Made by a program: the position numbers and the translations under genes. 39,997 bases of DNA from Bilabrum cf. latius (Eukaryota): NCBI GenBank assembly GCA_965178125.1, contig OZ237748.1, forward strand, positions 1,178,001-1,217,997, written 5' to 3'. This document shows, one piece after another, positions 36,011-39,997 of this stretch. Positions within the stretch are counted from its first letter, which is position 1; every line of letters starts with the position of its first letter. The notes under the pieces are model-generated. The model was not told the DNA's origin. It ran no database searches and saw only the letters and a program-made list of their open reading frames with translations.

Positions 36011-37753
36011 ATGGCGCAGTCCACGTACGACGCCACCAAGCATGTGAAGGCTCTCGACTACCTTCGGGCCTTCCTGGACCGCCGCGCGAAGGGCTACGCT
36101 CAGAACCCGCATCGCGTGCGCATCGGAGTCCCAGGGCCACTTCAACCAGGAGGTGCCGCCCTGCCTGGCCCGCCGGCCGGCGAGGCGCAGGCCCAGATCC
36201 CGGCCCAGGTGGGGCCAGCGCCAGGCGGCCATGCCGCCGGGGGGGGCGATGCGGCAGGCCTGCCGGCCCCCGCCCCAGCCATCGGCGAGCATGCTCCGGA
36301 GCCCCAGCACCAGCAGCAAGAGGGCGCCCACCAACCACCACCTGGTGCAGCTCTTGCTGCTGGCCAGCAGGCGATGGCCGCCGCCCCGCCCCAGCACCCC
36401 GCTGGTCCGGGTGCCAACCTGCCGGTCCCAGGAGGCTTGCAGCCCGAGCCGCCAGCTGGCGATGCCGACGCCTTCCTCCCGATCCCGGAGCCCCAGCAGG
36501 AGCCTGCAGGTGGGCCAGCCGGCGTCGGTCCGGCCCCTCCAGCAGCCGAGCAGCAGCCAGCTGCCCAGGCTGCCCAGCACCAACTCGTCCCTGGGCCCGT
36601 GCCTCTCGCCGAGGTGCCCGTCCTGGCCGGGGTCGGCGCAGGGGAGGACGCGATGGAGGACGACGAGCCCCCAGAAGCGGTCCAGGCCATCTTCCTCGGG
36701 CGCCAAGCCGCCCACGCGGCCACCCAGGCAGCTCGGCAGGCCATGGTCTGGGATGCTCAGGGCCAGCAGCCGCTCTTCGGGGCAGAGGGAGGAGCGCCCG
36801 AGCTGCCCATCCCCGGAGTCGTGTTCGCTGCCGGTGCAGAGGCAGCCGGCGCCCAAGGCGGTGGCGCAGGCCCAGACGCCGGAGGGGAGGTCGGTGCGCC
36901 ACCCGTGCAGGCGTGGAACCTGGTCGTCGGCGACCCGGGGGGAGCGCAGGGAGAGGAGGCCCTGGCCGTCAACCTCCCGCCCGAGTACCGGTTCGGCATG
37001 CACGAGGCGACGGACGACCTCGCGCAGCACCCCATGCTGGCCTACCACATATGGGAGGTGGACGACGAGGCGGTGCAGGCCCTGCAGGGCCTGCTGACCT
37101 GCGTTGGCAGGCAGGAGCTGCCTCCCGAGGTGTGGAGGGCGCTCGCACCTCCAGTGATGGAGACGGTGACCATGCAAGGCATGCGGCGCTGGTGGGCGTA
37201 CCAGAGGCGCGCCGTTGTCGTCGTGGACAGCCTCCTGCATGCCGAGACTGATGCTGCCGGCGTGGAGCAGCGCGCGCAGAGGCGCGGCCGCTTTCTCGTG
37301 CAGCTCGTTGGCTGGACTGACATCACCAAGATGCTGGAGAGCGAAGACCTGAACGAGGAAGGGGCTGCCTTCATTCGGAGCAAGCTGGCTTCGGTGGCGG
37401 TCAGCTTCTGGCCGTCTCCGATGCTGGCGGAGCCCGGGCTGCACAGCCACAAGCTCTCTCCGCTCCGCACGGAGTGGGATCACTACATCGAGTACAACCG
37501 CGTGGACGAGACGGTCTTTGACGCGGTCGGGCTCTCCGAGCAGCCTCCAGCGTTCGTGTACGAGGACGAGGACGAGGACGAGATGGAGGAGGGGCCGGCG
37601 GCGCAGCCGGCTGGGGCGGAGGAGCATGCAGAGGGCGACGAAGATGCCGGGTATGAGGCTGGAGAAGGCGAGTGGGGTGGGGAAGGCCAGTGGGACTCGG
37701 ACGGAGACCAAGGCGGCGACGAGGAAGCGGATGGTGGAGATCCTAGGGGTTTT
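36011..37753 (+). CDS. Hypothetical protein (580+ aa): Pro/Ala/Gly/Gln-rich region, helical domain, acidic tail; 3' end runs into telomeric repeats
   Basis: Long ORF with strong GC3 bias and ATG at 36011. The apparent stop is a TAG inside the telomeric tract. Confidence 0.8.
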
Positions 37754-38077
37754 TAGGGTTTAGGGTTAGGGTTAGGGTTAGGGTTAGGGTTAGGGTTAGG
37801 GTTAGGGTTAGGGTTAGGGTTAGGGTTAGGGTTAGGGTTAGGGTTAGGGTTAGGGTTAGGGTTAGGGTTAGGGTTAGGGTTAGGGTTAGGGTTAGGGTTA
37901 GGGTTAGGGTTAGGGTTAGGGTTAGGGTTAGGGTTAGGGTTAGGGTTAGGGTTAGGGTTAGGGTTAGGGTTAGGGTTAGGGTTAGGGTTAGGGTTAGGGT
38001 TAGGGTTAGGGTTAGGGTTAGGGTTAGGGTTAGGGTTAGGGTTAGGGTTAGGGTTAGGGTTAGGGTTAGGGTTAGGG
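37744..38077 (+). repeat. Telomeric (TTAGGG)n tract 4, interstitial
   Basis: Irregular first units (TAGGGG TTTTTAGGG TTTAGGG), then perfect repeats. Confidence 0.98.
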
Positions 38078-38139
38078 TATCTAATATAAAGTCAGGGACA
38101 GGGTCGGGGAAAAAAAATTTTCATCTTCACTTTTTGTCG
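38078..38139. repeat. Conserved telomere-junction leader, copy 3
   Basis: Near-identical to the leaders at 26682 and 29101. Confidence 0.9.
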
Positions 38140-38859
38140 AAAAAATGCGCGCGACGATCTCGGCAACCACAGGAGATATGAAGACCGTTCAAACTGCATC
38201 GGGACGGCCTGGGACCACAACTGGGGGCAAATGTTCCCCAGGTTCCGTTTATACCGCGCGGCGACAATATGGCTGGACGAAGATTGTCATGCAGAAAAAA
38301 TGCGCGCGGCGATCTCGGCAACCAGATGAGATATGAAGACCGTTCAAACTGCATCGGGACGGCCTGGGACCACAACTGGGGGCAAATGTTCCCCAGGTTC
38401 CGTTTATTCCGCGCGGCGACAATATGGCTGGACGAAGATTGTCATGCAGAAAAAATGCGCGCGACGATCTCGGCAACCAGATGAGATATGAAGACCGTTC
38501 ATACTGCATCGGGACGGCCTGGGGGTACAATGTGGGGCAAATGTTCCCCAGATTCCGTTTTGACCGCGCGGCGACAGTATGGGGGGACGAAGATTTTCAG
38601 GCAGAAAAAATGCGCGCGGCGATCTCGGCAACCACAGGAGATATGAAGACCGTTCAAACTGCATCGGGACGGCCTGGGACCACAACAGGGGGCAAATGTT
38701 CCCCAGGTTCCGTTTATACCGCGCGGCGACAGTATGGTGGGACGAAGATTGTCATGCAGAAAAAATGCGCGCGGCGATCTCGGCAACCAGATGAGATATG
38801 AAGACCGTTCAAACTGCATCGGGACGGCCTGGGACCACAACTGGGGGCAAATGTTCCCC
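38140..38859. repeat. 155-bp satellite, subfamily C, about 4.6 copies
   Basis: Period 155; more internal variation than A or B. Confidence 0.95.
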
Positions 38860-39156
38860 GTGATTCTATTACATCAAGCATTGCAAGTATGGGGTTTGCA
38901 CACCTACATGGTTGGGTTTGCATACGTACATGGGTTCGGGTTAGGTAAGAGGTTTTCCTTAGGGGCGTTCATTAGCTGTAAATGAGATTTCTTGATTTCA
39001 GCCGTTCATTCGCACTTTGAGTCATCATCATGTGTCATGTGTGCGAAGTTTGGAGAATGGCTGGCACACAGCTCTCGAGCAATCGAGCAATACAAGTAAG
39101 TGCTCATCTGGTCGGCGCCACGCCCACAGTGACTGGGTGACTGGCGATCTTCATTA

Positions 39157-39395
39157 ATGTCAGAAAACCAAGTACCGTAAATGATACAGTGCAATAATGC
39201 AAACTCATGAATCAGCAAATCGAATTTGCAACTCCCCCACAAAGGGGCAAGGCTAGGAATAGGGTGTATGTCATATACCGGCGAGAGGAGGTTGGCCCCG
39301 AAAATTGGGTGGATTTTTTAATCATGTCAGAAAACCAAGTACCGTAAATGATACAGTGCAATAATGCAAACTCATGAATCAGCAAATCAAATTTG
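39157..39395. repeat. 72-bp direct repeat (39157-39228, 39324-39395), one mismatch
   Basis: ATGTCAGAAAACCAAGTACCG...CAAATC(G/A)AATTTG twice; the second copy is cut by the telomeric tract. Confidence 0.9.
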
Positions 39396-39997
39396 GTTTG
39401 GTTTAGGGTTAGGGTTAGGGTTAGGGTTAGGGTTAGGGTTAGGGTTAGGGTTAGGGTTAGGGTTAGGGTTAGGGTTAGGGTTAGGGTTAGGGTTAGGGTT
39501 AGGGTTAGGGTTAGGGTTAGGGTTAGGGTTAGGGTTAGGGTTAGGGTTAGGGTTAGGGTTAGGGTTAGGGTTAGGGTTAGGGTTAGGGTTAGGGTTAGGG
39601 TTAGGGTTAGGGTTAGGGTTAGGGTTAGGGTTAGGGTTAGGGTTAGGGTTAGGGTTAGGGTTAGGGTTAGGGTTAGGGTTAGGGTTAGGGTTAGGGTTAG
39701 GGTTAGGGTTAGGGTTAGGGTTAGGGTTAGGGTTAGGGTTAGGGTTAGGGTTAGGGTTAGGGTTAGGGTTAGGGTTAGGGTTAGGGTTAGGGTTAGGGTT
39801 AGGGTTAGGGTTAGGGTTAGGGTTAGGGTTAGGGTTAGGGTTAGGGTTAGGGTTAGGGTTAGGGTTAGGGTTAGGGTTAGGGTTAGGGTTAGGGTTAGGG
39901 TTAGGGTTAGGGTTAGGGTTAGGGTTAGGGTTAGGGTTAGGGTTAGGGTTAGGGTTAGGGTTAGGGTTAGGGTTAGGGTTAGGGTTAGGGTTAGGGT
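39396..39997 (+). repeat. Telomeric (TTAGGG)n tract 5, possibly the true chromosome end
   Basis: Perfect repeats to the window edge with the G-rich strand pointing outward. Confidence 0.97.

Noticed and set aside
35917-37711. Overlapping ORFs 35917-37251 (+) and 35957-37711 (-)
   Set aside because: Shadow frames of the GC-rich 36011 gene with Arg- or Leu-biased, non-protein-like composition.

Overview
Eukaryotic, GC-rich subtelomeric window (TTAGGG repeats, GT-AG introns) running into a chromosome end on the right. The main signal is a non-standard nuclear genetic code. More than 40 in-frame TAG codons interrupt otherwise continuous reading frames in at least six independent genes or elements, while the frames end at TGA (once at TAA) and contain no internal TAA. 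TAG is therefore a sense codon, most likely Gln, and UAA appears to remain a stop. Read with that code, 2.2-25 kb holds three large genes: a membrane-anchored metzincin (M11-like) protease with EGF/Cys-rich repeats, a multi-pass membrane protein, and a TPR protein. The protease is broken by a 548-bp repeat plus an adjacent 545-bp inversion that restores the frame exactly when flipped. The TPR gene is broken by a 1-kb retroelement-like insert. Retrotransposon debris lies between the genes. From 25.8 kb onward there are five TTAGGG tracts separating modules. Three modules start with the same leader fused precisely to the telomeric repeat, followed by related 155-bp satellites; one also carries a 22-bp array, an intact 511-aa gene and a tRNA-like Pol III promoter. 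Their polarity and truncation resemble elements added sequentially to a chromosome end and then healed by telomerase.
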